Source of the DNA: Pseudomonadota bacterium
GTDB taxonomy: Bacteria; Bdellovibrionota_G; JALEGL01; DATDPG01
DNA: 64,000 nt
Reading direction: 5' to 3'
NCBI GenBank assembly: GCA_043809315.1
Contig: JAZDDX010000035.1
Location: 31,921 to 95,920, forward strand
In this document: one piece after another, positions 19,519 to 28,276 of the stretch
Position numbering within the stretch: position 1 is the first letter of the stretch
Layout of the letters: every line of letters starts with the position of its first letter
Translations under genes and position numbers: made by a program
The notes under the pieces: model-generated
Told to the model about the DNA's origin: nothing
Databases searched by the model: none
The model's input: only the letters and a program-made list of their open reading frames with translations

Positions 19519-19888
19519 CGAGAATCGCGACCGCGACCGCCGTGTCGTCGGTGTGAGAAATCGATAATTGAATTTTGTGTCGAGCGAAGAACGCGCGGAG
19601 CTTCGCTTTCTTCGACCTCGGAAAAACGTTCGGAGCCCCGTTCCGGTCGTTCCGGATCTCGCAGTCGAAAACGTTCAACGGAAACCGGGACCCGACCGCC
19701 TTCACGATCGCCTCCTTGGCGCAAAACCGGGCGGCAAACCTCGGCGCCGGATCGCGGAACTTGAGACAGTACGCAATCTCTCGCTCGGAAAAGAGACGCT
19801 CAAAGAAACGACGGTCCGTCGACGGCTTCTTCCGCCGGAACGACGCCACCGGTTCGAGATCGATCCCGACGCCCAAGACCTTCCCCAT
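19502..19888 (-). CDS. acpS: Holo-[acyl-carrier-protein] synthase
   Basis: 128 aa; GVGIDLEP...SISHTDDTAVAVAIL typical AcpS 4-phosphopantetheinyl transferase motifs. Confidence 0.8.
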   Translation of the reverse strand: MGKVLGVGIDLEPVASFRRKKPSTDRRFFERLFSEREIAYCLKFRDPAPRFAARFCAKEAIVKAVGSRFPLNVFDCEIRNDRNGAPNVFPRSKKAKLRAFFARHKIQLSISHTDDTAVAVAILVTKKS

Positions 19889-20040
19889 ACGGACCCGGAA
19901 CTCTATCGCCGAAACCGTTCGGAACCAAGCCGCAGTTATGGAAACGCGTTTTCATCCCTTGAGAAGGGTGTCAGATATGGTATTGAGGTAATTGATGTTT
20001 TTATAGATTCATTGCGTTAAGGTACGATGCGATAGAAAAC

Positions 20041-21141
20041 GTGACCCGAATCCCCCTCTCAAAGCCCGATCATCCGAACGAGCCAGGCGCGCTCTCCGCC
20101 TCGCTTCGCGAGGTCATCCTTTCGCGGCGGTTCGAGGAAGGGGATCTCGCGGCGGCGTTCGAGCGCCGGATGGCGGAGTTCTGCGGATCGGTATTTGCCG
20201 TCGCCACGAACTCCGGCACATCGGCTTTGGATGCCATCTGCGCAGTGACCGGGCTGACCTCGGACGTCCATGTGATCTGCCCCTCGTACGCGCCGACCGC
20301 CACGATCAACGCGCTCCTAGCGGCCGGAGCGACGCCGATCTTCGCCGACATCGATCCGAAGACCTATCACGTGAGTCTCGAGGAGGTGGAGCGCCGGATC
20401 ACGCCGAAAACCCGCGCGGTACTCCTGGTCCACCAATACGGAATCCCGGCGAACGGCAAAGCGTTCGCGAAGTTCTGCCGCGAACGGGATCTCGTCCTGA
20501 TCGAAGATGCCGGATGCGGCCTCGGGTCGAGATACGACGGCCGCGCCATCGGTTCGTTCGGGCTGGCGGGGCTCGTGAGCTTCCATCCGCGCAAAGTTCT
20601 ATCCGGCGGTGAGGGGGGAATGGTTTTGACCGACGACGAGTCTCTCGCCGCTCGCGCGCGATCGTTCGGAAGCATCGGCACTCCTCCGGGGAATGCATGG
20701 AGCACTGACGTTGCGGCCGGGTCTCGGATGAGCGAGTTCCAGGCGGCGCTCGGGCACTGGGCGCTGGATCGGGCGGAAGAGGCGATCTCGCGGCGAACCA
20801 AACTGGCACACCGATACGACGACACCTTCGATTCGGTTTCCGGAATTACGACATTCTTCGAACCGGGTCGCGGGGAATGGAACCGGGAAACGTATCCGGT
20901 CCGTGTCGACGGAAGCCGCCGGGATCTGGTGGCGGATGCGCTCCGGAAGGACGGGATCGAAACGAGCCACGGCCTCCAGCCCGCGCACTTGCATCCCTAC
21001 ATCGACGCCCGGATGCGCCCTCCCCGCCTGCCCGAGACCGAGGCGGCGTACGCCGAGACCCTTCTTCTCCCGATGTACGCGACCCTCACGTTCGAAGAGC
21101 AGGATCGCGTGATCGAATCGCTCGTCAAAGCCCTGCGGTAA
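20041..21141 (+). CDS. DegT/DnrJ/EryC1/StrS-family PLP-dependent aminotransferase
   Basis: 366 aa; sugar aminotransferase fold with the PLP-lysine region (LVSFHPRKVLSGGEGGMV). Confidence 0.85.
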   Translation: MTRIPLSKPDHPNEPGALSASLREVILSRRFEEGDLAAAFERRMAEFCGSVFAVATNSGTSALDAICAVTGLTSDVHVICPSYAPTATINALLAAGATPIFADIDPKTYHVSLEEVERRITPKTRAVLLVHQYGIPANGKAFAKFCRERDLVLIEDAGCGLGSRYDGRAIGSFGLAGLVSFHPRKVLSGGEGGMVLTDDESLAARARSFGSIGTPPGNAWSTDVAAGSRMSEFQAALGHWALDRAEEAISRRTKLAHRYDDTFDSVSGITTFFEPGRGEWNRETYPVRVDGSRRDLVADALRKDGIETSHGLQPAHLHPYIDARMRPPRLPETEAAYAETLLLPMYATLTFEEQDRVIESLVKALR

Positions 21142-21173
21142 CATTTCGGAGTTGTGCTAAACTTTCCCCCCCT

Positions 21174-22148
21174 ATGAAATTCCTGATCACGGGAGGGGCC
21201 GGGTTCATCGGATCGCATCTCTCCGAACGACTCCTAAACGACGGGCACCAGGTCACCGCGATCGACAACCTCTCGACCGGCTCGATCCGTAACGTCGAGC
21301 ACCTGGAGCGGAACGACCGCTACCGTCTCGTCGTGGAGTCGGTGCTCAACCTCGGAACGCTCGAACCGCTGATCCGCGAGACCGATTTCATCTTCCATCT
21401 CGCCGCCGCCGTAGGCGTGAAACTGATCGTCAAAGATCCGGTCGGAACGATCGAAACCAACATCCGCGGCACGGAAGTGACGCTGTATCTCGCCAACAAG
21501 TGGAGGAAGCCGGTGCTGCTCACCTCGACCTCCGAGGTGTACGGGAAGAACAGCCGTTGCCCGTTCCGGGAAGACGACGACATGGTTCTCGGGCCCACCA
21601 CGAACTCCCGCTGGAGCTACGCCTGCTCCAAGGCAATCGACGAGTTCATGGCGATCGCCTACCACCGGAAAAAGAACCTTCCGACGGTCGTGGTCCGCCT
21701 GTTCAACACCGTGGGGCCGAGGCAGACGTCGCAGTACGGGATGGTCCTGCCGACCTTCGTGCGCCAGGCCCTAAACAACGAGGAGATCACCGTCTACGGC
21801 GACGGGACGCAACGCCGGACCTTCTCGTACATCACCGACGCCGTGGAAGGATTGGTTCGCCTGGCGAAGAGTCCCGAGGCGTTCGGGGAGGTGTTCAACG
21901 TCGGGGGGGATCAGGAGATCTCGATTCACGATCTCGCTGTGATGGTGAAGGAACGGACGAAATCCACGTCCAAGATCGTTTTCGTACCGTACGATCAGGC
22001 GTACGAACCGGGGTTCGAGGACATGCCGCGCCGGGTGCCGGATATCTCCAAGATCGGCCGGTTCGTCGGGTTCCGCCCGGGCGTTTCCCTCCCCGAGACC
22101 GTTGATCGGGTGGTGGAACATTTCCGCGCCGATCCGTCGTTCGTCTAA
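21174..22148 (+). CDS. NAD-dependent sugar epimerase/dehydratase (UDP-glucuronate decarboxylase / UDP-glucose 4-epimerase-like SDR)
   Basis: MKFLITGGAGFIGSHL Rossmann motif, YxxxK (YACSKAIDE). Starts at the internal ATG 21174 of the 423-aa ORF. Confidence 0.85.
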   Translation: MKFLITGGAGFIGSHLSERLLNDGHQVTAIDNLSTGSIRNVEHLERNDRYRLVVESVLNLGTLEPLIRETDFIFHLAAAVGVKLIVKDPVGTIETNIRGTEVTLYLANKWRKPVLLTSTSEVYGKNSRCPFREDDDMVLGPTTNSRWSYACSKAIDEFMAIAYHRKKNLPTVVVRLFNTVGPRQTSQYGMVLPTFVRQALNNEEITVYGDGTQRRTFSYITDAVEGLVRLAKSPEAFGEVFNVGGDQEISIHDLAVMVKERTKSTSKIVFVPYDQAYEPGFEDMPRRVPDISKIGRFVGFRPGVSLPETVDRVVEHFRADPSFV

Positions 22149-22259
22149 ATGGACCTCCTCTTCCCGCTCGCGACCGCCTTCGCCTTCTCCCTGTTGGGCA
22201 CGAAACTGATCATTTCGTTCCGCCATGAGCCGTGCTTGCATACGACTTCATCTTCCTGA
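22149..22259 (+). pseudogene. 36-codon hydrophobic ORF immediately after the epimerase stop; possible 5-prime remnant of a membrane sugar-1-phosphate transferase (WecA/MraY-like). Speculative
   Basis: atg overlaps the taa of the epimerase (TAAATG). Product MDLLFPLATAFAFSLLGTKLIISFRHEPCLHTTSSS resembles the first TM helix of polyprenyl-phosphate glycosyl-1-P transferases. It is followed by about 550 bp with no convincing ORF. Confidence 0.2.
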
Positions 22260-22810
22260 GATAGAGCCGGGAAGCGGCGGCATCCGCACTACCCGACGAT
22301 TTTTTCCAGGCCTTCTTGGCCCACTCGGATGCCCGGACGAGCCCTGAGAGGAGTTCCCATTTCGCCCACAGGCAACGTTCACGAAAATGATTTCCCTCCT
22401 CCCCGGCCAGCTTCCGATCCTCGATCGCTTCCGGGGAACCGCCCGCCACCGGACTAAATGTGGGAATTCCGCCGATTCCAAGAGCCGGTTTCGATCTTGG
22501 CCTCCGGCTTCTCTTCCGTTTTCTTGGAACCCCGTCCAAGCCACATCGACAACGCCGCACACGAATTCAACAAGAGAAGGAGAAGTAAGAACCATTTGTG
22601 TCGTTTGGAGAACTTCACAAAAAACCCAATAAATTGAATGGCTTGTGTCGCCCCTGGTCAACGAAACTTCCGTTGCCGTCAAGTCTGTCCCTCCCGCCCA
22701 AAAAACGGAAACTGATCCACGTCAACCAACGCCAGATCCACGAGTTTCCTCCCTTTTTTTCGCCCCCTCCATCTTGCATCCACACCCCGCTTCCTCTAAT
22801 AAGGTCCGCT

Positions 22811-23812
22811 ATGCCGATACCTGTTCGCGCCAAAATCACGGGCGTCACGAAATTCCACCCCGAACGCGTGGTGACCAACAAGGACATGGAGAAGATGGTC
22901 GACACGTCGGACGAGTGGATCCGGACGCGGACCGGGATCTCCGAGCGGAGATGGGTGAAGCCGGGGCAGGCAGCGAGCGATCTGGGGGCCGAGGCGGCCA
23001 AGAAACTGTTGGTGGAAACAAATACCGATCCCGAGGAACTCGAACTGATCGTCGTCGGGACCGTCACCCCGGACATGTTCTATCCGTCGACCGCTGCGCT
23101 GATCGCGCACAAGATCGGCGCAAAGAAAGCGTGGGGGTTCGATCTCTCCGCCGCCTGCTCGGGGTTCGTTTTTTCTCTCGCCACCGCCGAACAGTTCATC
23201 CGGACCGGAACGCACAAGAAGGTGATGGTCGTCGGGGTCGACATCATGAGTTCGATCGCCGACATGACCGACCGAAACACTTGCGTGCTCTTCGGGGATG
23301 GTGCGGGGGCCGTCATGTTGGAACCGGAACCGGAAGGTTCGAAGCTCGGAATTATCGACTGTCTCCACTATGTCGATGGAACAGGGGCCCCGTTCCTGAG
23401 TCAGCCGGGAGGCGGGAGCCTCCATCCGCCGACGCACGAAACGATCGACAAGAAGATGCACTACGTCCATCAGGACGGGAAGGTCGTCTACAAGTACGCT
23501 GTCTCGGGCATGGCCGACGTCTCGATCGAGATCCTCGAGAAGAACAAGATCCCGACTTCCGAGGTCGATCTCTTCGTCGCGCACCAGGCGAATCTCCGGA
23601 TCATCGAGTCGACGCAGAAACGACTCGGACTTCCGGACGAGAAGGTGGTCGTCAACATCGACAAGTTCGCGAACACCACCTCCGCCACGATTCCGAGTTG
23701 CATGGCGATGGCGGTCGAGGACGGGCGCCTCACCAAGGGAAAACTGCTCGTGATCGCCTCGTTCGGCGCCGGATTCACCTGGGGCTCCAGCCTCATCCGC
23801 TGGGCGTACTGA
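22811..23812 (+). CDS. fabH: 3-oxoacyl-[ACP] synthase III (KAS III)
   Basis: 333 aa from the internal ATG (verified at 22811). Active-site Cys (DLSAACSGFVFSL), His and Asn (VAHQANLRII...NIDKFANTTSATIP), C-terminal GAGFTWGS. Confidence 0.85.
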   Translation: MPIPVRAKITGVTKFHPERVVTNKDMEKMVDTSDEWIRTRTGISERRWVKPGQAASDLGAEAAKKLLVETNTDPEELELIVVGTVTPDMFYPSTAALIAHKIGAKKAWGFDLSAACSGFVFSLATAEQFIRTGTHKKVMVVGVDIMSSIADMTDRNTCVLFGDGAGAVMLEPEPEGSKLGIIDCLHYVDGTGAPFLSQPGGGSLHPPTHETIDKKMHYVHQDGKVVYKYAVSGMADVSIEILEKNKIPTSEVDLFVAHQANLRIIESTQKRLGLPDEKVVVNIDKFANTTSATIPSCMAMAVEDGRLTKGKLLVIASFGAGFTWGSSLIRWAY

Positions 23813-23827
23813 TCCGGGAACCGCGAG

Positions 23828-24385
23828 TTAGCGGAACGCGCCCCCTTTTTCGAGGGGATCCCACCATTTGTTTCTCAACCCACCGATATCCTCGTCCGCA
23901 ACGAATCGGACCCCGCCGTTCTGGAATCGTGCTTTCACCCAGCTATCGATCGACTGATGAAAAATGGGCGGCTTTTCCGTCAGATCGACGACGTAATCGG
24001 ATGGATCGCCCACCACCCGGAGCACCGCCACCGTGTGGTGACTGAGGTTCGTGTCCTTTCCGTTCCGGTCGAGAAGCGTTCCGCTTTTTGCGAAGATCCA
24101 GGCCACTTTCACGGATGACACGGCGGAACCGACACCCTTCGCCTTTTCGAAGACGAGGCGACTGTAATTGTGGCATTCACGGATCTCTTTCACGTTCGTT
24201 TCGACAACACAATCGGCGGCGGCGGCGATTGCTTGGACCACTTCAAGTGGTGACCGATGATCCACGGGACCGACGTCTGTACTGCAATCCGCAAAAGCGG
24301 TCGTTACCCGAATTGAAAGGAAAGCGATCGAAAGGAGTGCGAGAGAAACGATTCTCATTTCAACCTGAATTTTAGCACGTTTCAT
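23828..24385 (-). CDS. Secreted hypothetical protein (signal peptide)
   Basis: Start MKRAKIQVEMRIVSLALLSIAFLSIRVTTAFADC (ATG at 24385 verified), four Cys. Lower local GC. No recognisable domain. Confidence 0.5.
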   Translation of the reverse strand: MKRAKIQVEMRIVSLALLSIAFLSIRVTTAFADCSTDVGPVDHRSPLEVVQAIAAAADCVVETNVKEIRECHNYSRLVFEKAKGVGSAVSSVKVAWIFAKSGTLLDRNGKDTNLSHHTVAVLRVVGDPSDYVVDLTEKPPIFHQSIDSWVKARFQNGGVRFVADEDIGGLRNKWWDPLEKGGAFR

Positions 24386-24431
24386 GCCCGTTCTTTTACG
24401 GGGACCTATCACGCCTAAGCGGTTGTATTGA

Positions 24432-25333
24432 TTAGACTCTGTCGGCACGACGGATCCAGTCGTCCAGCGCCCCCGCGACAAACCAATCGCGGGTTAAGTC
24501 ACACCAGAGAATCAATCCGCGGTAACTCCCGTGCGGTCGGTATTTCCGCTCGATCGTACGATCGGACGGGATCTTTTTCATCTTCCAGAGTTCCTTGAGT
24601 TTTCCACGCGCCCAGCTGTCGAGACCTAAGTTCTCGTATCGTCCCAGGAGACGAAGGAGGTTTTCAGCGACGTACGGCCCCGCTCCGGGAACCGAGAGAA
24701 TTTCTCGGCGGATCTCCTCGATCGGACGGGAAGGATCATCCCAGCCCTCCGGATCGATCCTTCTTTCCAGAACGGAGTGCGCCAGCGTTGGAAGATGCGT
24801 TGATCGGTATCCCGAACGGATCTTCGTGCGAAAGAACGTCTCGTTCTTGGAGGCAAGAGCTTCGGCATTCGGGAAAAGGTGCAGTCCGTCTCCTAGATCC
24901 TCCCCGAGTTCTTTTGCTAGCGCATCAGTCATGATCCGCGTGAAACTCCAACTGCAGTTTGTCGTCAGGATCAATTTCACGAGATCCTCGAACACCGTCT
25001 GCGAACGAAGGAGCCTTCCCATCCTTCCCGTTCGAATCCAGGGACGTCCGGCCTTTACTGCATATCGATAGAATCCAGACAGGTCCTGATCGGAGCGAAA
25101 CATTCTCCGAACACTCTTCCGCGCATCGGACGGAATCGAGGAATCGCTCTGAAGATCGAACCCTCTCTGAGTCGGCGACACGGTCACGACGATCGGACCC
25201 TTCGAGGAGCGGAGGCCCACTCGAACGGTACCGTCTGTTTTCAGAACGCGAAACGGCGCAAAATCACTCCAGCCGTGGCTGAAGACCACCGCCCGAAGGT
25301 CGTAGCTCTGGAAATTCGTATTGTGTCCCCCGA
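24432..25333 (-). CDS. HhH-GPD superfamily DNA glycosylase (AlkA / 3-methyladenine glycosylase II-like); start uncertain
   Basis: Helix-hairpin-helix-Gly/Pro-Asp motif (ILSVPGAGPYVAENLL...D) and an AlkA-like N-terminal domain. The 356-aa ORF extends upstream into the 3-prime end of the acyl-CoA dehydrogenase gene. There is no ATG downstream of that gene, so the true start is probably GTG/TTG near 25290-25333. Confidence 0.55.
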
Positions 25334-26500
25334 TTATCGGTAGGCGGGGAGGCCGGTTAAGTGCTCGGCGATGATCAGGGAGTGGATGTCGTGCGTCCCC
25401 TCGTACGTGTAGACTGACTCGAGGTTCACCATGTGGCGCATCGAACAGTAGTCGTCGAGGATTCCGTTCGCGCCCAGGATGTCGCGCGACTTGCGCGCGC
25501 ATTCAAGCGCAATCGCGACGTTGTTCCGTTTTGCCATGGAGACCTGGTGCGGCTTCACCTTCCCCTCGTCCTTCAACCGCCCGACGCGAAGAATCAGCAG
25601 CTGTCCTTTCGTGATTTCGGTTGCCATCCAGGTCAGCTTGTCCTGGACCAACTGGAAGCCGGCGATCGGTTTTCCGAACTGCGGACGCTTCTTCGCGTAA
25701 TCCAACGCCTCACCGAAACAGGCCTGCGCAGCCCCGATGGTACCCCAAGCGATCCCGTACCGCGCCTGATTTAGACAACTGAGAGCCGATCCGAGGTTCT
25801 TCGTTTTCGGTAAGAGATTCTCCTCGGGGATCTCGCACCGGTCGAAACAAAGTTCCCCGGTATCCGACGCCCGGAGGGACATCTTTCCCTTGATCTCGTT
25901 CGCCGTGAAGCCGGGGGTTCCTTTTTCCACGAGAAACCCGCGGACGCCGTCCGGCGTCTTCGCCCAGATCACCGCCAGATCGGCGATCGTCGCATTCGTG
26001 ATCCAGTACTTCGTGCCATGAAGGACCCACTTCGATCCTTTCTTCTCCGCCCGAGTGATCATCCCCCCCGGATCCGACCCGAAGTCCGGCTCCGTCAACC
26101 CGAAGCATCCGATCACTTCCCCGCGCGCCATCTTCGGAAGCCACTTGTCCTTCTGCTGCTCGCTCCCGAAATGATGGATGGGATACATGCAGAGGGCACT
26201 CTGCACCGAAACGAACGACCGGAGCCCCGAATCGCCGTGCTCGAGCTCCTGTACCGCGAGCCCGTACGCCACTTCGTTCATCCCGGCGCACTCGTACCCT
26301 TTGATGTTCGCTCCGAAGAGACCGATTCCCGCCATCGGCTTGATCAGCTCCCGCGGGAAGGTTCCCGCACGGGCATGCTGATTGATGGCCGGGAGGACTT
26401 GATCCTTCACGAACTCCCGGACCGTGTCGCGCACCATCCGTTCTTCGTCGGACAGCAGCTCGTCGAAATTCAGGAAATCGAGGTCGTCAAACATCGTCAT
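25334..26500 (-). CDS. Acyl-CoA dehydrogenase (glutaryl-CoA dehydrogenase-like)
   Basis: About 388 aa from MTMFDDLD...; ACAD N-terminal, middle and C-terminal domains (GCFGLTEPDFGSDPGGM, YEGTHDIHSL). The upstream part of the 428-aa ORF is probably not translated. Confidence 0.85.
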   Translation of the reverse strand: MTMFDDLDFLNFDELLSDEERMVRDTVREFVKDQVLPAINQHARAGTFPRELIKPMAGIGLFGANIKGYECAGMNEVAYGLAVQELEHGDSGLRSFVSVQSALCMYPIHHFGSEQQKDKWLPKMARGEVIGCFGLTEPDFGSDPGGMITRAEKKGSKWVLHGTKYWITNATIADLAVIWAKTPDGVRGFLVEKGTPGFTANEIKGKMSLRASDTGELCFDRCEIPEENLLPKTKNLGSALSCLNQARYGIAWGTIGAAQACFGEALDYAKKRPQFGKPIAGFQLVQDKLTWMATEITKGQLLILRVGRLKDEGKVKPHQVSMAKRNNVAIALECARKSRDILGANGILDDYCSMRHMVNLESVYTYEGTHDIHSLIIAEHLTGLPAYR

Positions 26501-26613
26501 GGGCGGGCCCCCTTTGCGCGGTCTTTTACCAGAAGCCGGGACGATGGCAATGTCCTCCCCCCGACAATTTCGGCGCACTCCTGCGCCGTTTCGGTTAAAA
26601 TTCGAAGAGCACC

Positions 26614-28275
26614 GTGACAACGGAAATCAGACCGCAAACGCCCCGGAAAGAGCCCCCGACTTGCCATTTCGTCTGTTCCGGATGTCGTACCGTCCTCTCG
26701 ATTCCGGAGAGCGCCTTTGCGACCCGGGGGTATTCGATCAACTGTGAAATCTGTAACCGACCGATCTCAATCCGTCCCATTTCCGCCGACGGTTCGATGG
26801 AAGTCCTGGAACTGTCTGGATGCCAGTACGCGGGAAAAGGGTTTCCCAAAGAGCTCCCCCCCCCGTTCGACACCTTCCCGTTCGAGGCAACCACCGAGCT
26901 GAAGGATGCCGTCGGAAGCTGGATTGCGGACACCGTGAAACCGGGGGAAGGAGTGCCTCACGACCGGAATTCCGAGCCGGGAAAAAGTTCTTTCGTCGAA
27001 GAACTGATCACGAAGTGGGAAGTCTGGAGGAAGAACGGCGAGGTGTTCCAGTTCGAAACGTTCGCCCTCATCCGGAAATGGATCCAGGAGGGTAAGATCA
27101 CCGCCGGGGATGAGATCATCCCGACCGGGGGAACGCCTTATCCGGTCGACACGTACCCCGGGACCGCAGATCTGTTCGGAAACGTCGTCAGCTCCACGGA
27201 AGGGCGACAGATCTTCGCGGCGAGCGCGGTCTTAAGCCGCATGCGCCGTCAGCGCGTCCGGCAAGTTTTGGCGGGGCTCGTCGTTCTCGCGATCCTGGCG
27301 GCTGCCGCCAGTTTCCCGTACGCCCGGAAGCTCTGGCGCAAACAAAAGGGGGAGAGTTTCGTCTCCGGCCTCGTGGCGGGTTCCGTCTCGACCGACTCCA
27401 CCGACCCCTCGGCCCTCTATCTGAATGCGATCGAGTTCGTCCGGCAAGGAACGAGCAGCTCCCTGCCGCACGCCTCCATCCTTTTCCAGCGCCTTCTCGC
27501 CAAACGAAAAACGGATCCGGATCTGATCGCTCGGTTGGCTGAAACCTGGACGGAGATCGGGGCGTTGACCGCCGACAAAGACGAGTTCGCGCGGGCGGAG
27601 ATCCTGATCCAATACGCGGAGGTGCTCCGCGAAAATGACAAGGCAGTTCGAAGGGCTCGGGCTCGATGGTTCTGGCGGAACGGCTACGCCGATCGGGCGG
27701 CCGTCATAGCGGGAAGTTTTGATCCGAAAGATCTCGACGGACAGCTTCTCCTGGCCCGGATCGCCGCTTCGCACGGGGATTTCACGAAAGCCACGATCAC
27801 GCTATCGGACGTTTTGAAGCGGGAACCGAACAACATCTCGTTCCTCTTTGCCATGGTCGACGTTTTCGAAAGACAGTCGAAACTCAACGAGGCCGCGAGT
27901 TATCTGATTCGGGTCGAATCGCTGGCCCCGAATCCGGAACCGTTCACCGCGCAGTTGAAGACCCTTTACCGCAGGGCGGGGGACTCAGATTCCCTCGAAG
28001 GGCTCTATCGGAAATCGATCGCCGCCCGCTCCAAGACCGCCGAGGCCGACCAGCTCGAGCTGATCCGCCTCCTGTATACCCAAAGCCGTCTCGAGGAAAC
28101 CGTCAAGGAGGCCCTGAACTATTTCGCCGAATATCCGGAGGGTGCTTCTTCCGTCGAGGTCCGAAAGATTTATGGCGACGCCGTGCGCGGGACAAAAATC
28201 GAACCCGAGAAGCGCAAGTCCCCATCCCCGCCCGCTCGGCGCCCCCGGTCGATGCGTTACCGGCGCGGAACCTGA
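26614..28275 (+). CDS. Zinc-ribbon (MJ0042-like CxxC...CxxC) membrane protein with C-terminal TPR repeats
   Basis: N-terminal CHFVCSGC...CEIC finger, one predicted TM segment (VLAGLVVLAILAAAASF), then a TPR-like helical repeat region. GTG start. Confidence 0.55.
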   Translation: MTTEIRPQTPRKEPPTCHFVCSGCRTVLSIPESAFATRGYSINCEICNRPISIRPISADGSMEVLELSGCQYAGKGFPKELPPPFDTFPFEATTELKDAVGSWIADTVKPGEGVPHDRNSEPGKSSFVEELITKWEVWRKNGEVFQFETFALIRKWIQEGKITAGDEIIPTGGTPYPVDTYPGTADLFGNVVSSTEGRQIFAASAVLSRMRRQRVRQVLAGLVVLAILAAAASFPYARKLWRKQKGESFVSGLVAGSVSTDSTDPSALYLNAIEFVRQGTSSSLPHASILFQRLLAKRKTDPDLIARLAETWTEIGALTADKDEFARAEILIQYAEVLRENDKAVRRARARWFWRNGYADRAAVIAGSFDPKDLDGQLLLARIAASHGDFTKATITLSDVLKREPNNISFLFAMVDVFERQSKLNEAASYLIRVESLAPNPEPFTAQLKTLYRRAGDSDSLEGLYRKSIAARSKTAEADQLELIRLLYTQSRLEETVKEALNYFAEYPEGASSVEVRKIYGDAVRGTKIEPEKRKSPSPPARRPRSMRYRRGT

Positions 28276-28276
28276 C

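Noticed and set aside
22210-22682. Minus-strand ORFs 22210..22560 and 22248..22682 in the epimerase-fabH gap
   Set aside because: Their translations are basic and low-complexity with no motifs. They were judged non-coding. The gap is treated instead as a possible deletion scar or regulatory region.
25334-26620. Using the far-upstream TTG (26620) as the acyl-CoA dehydrogenase start
   Set aside because: ACAD alignment begins at MTMFDDLD (about 26500). The preceding 40 codons are Arg/Gly-rich and overlap the convergent or adjacent gene region.
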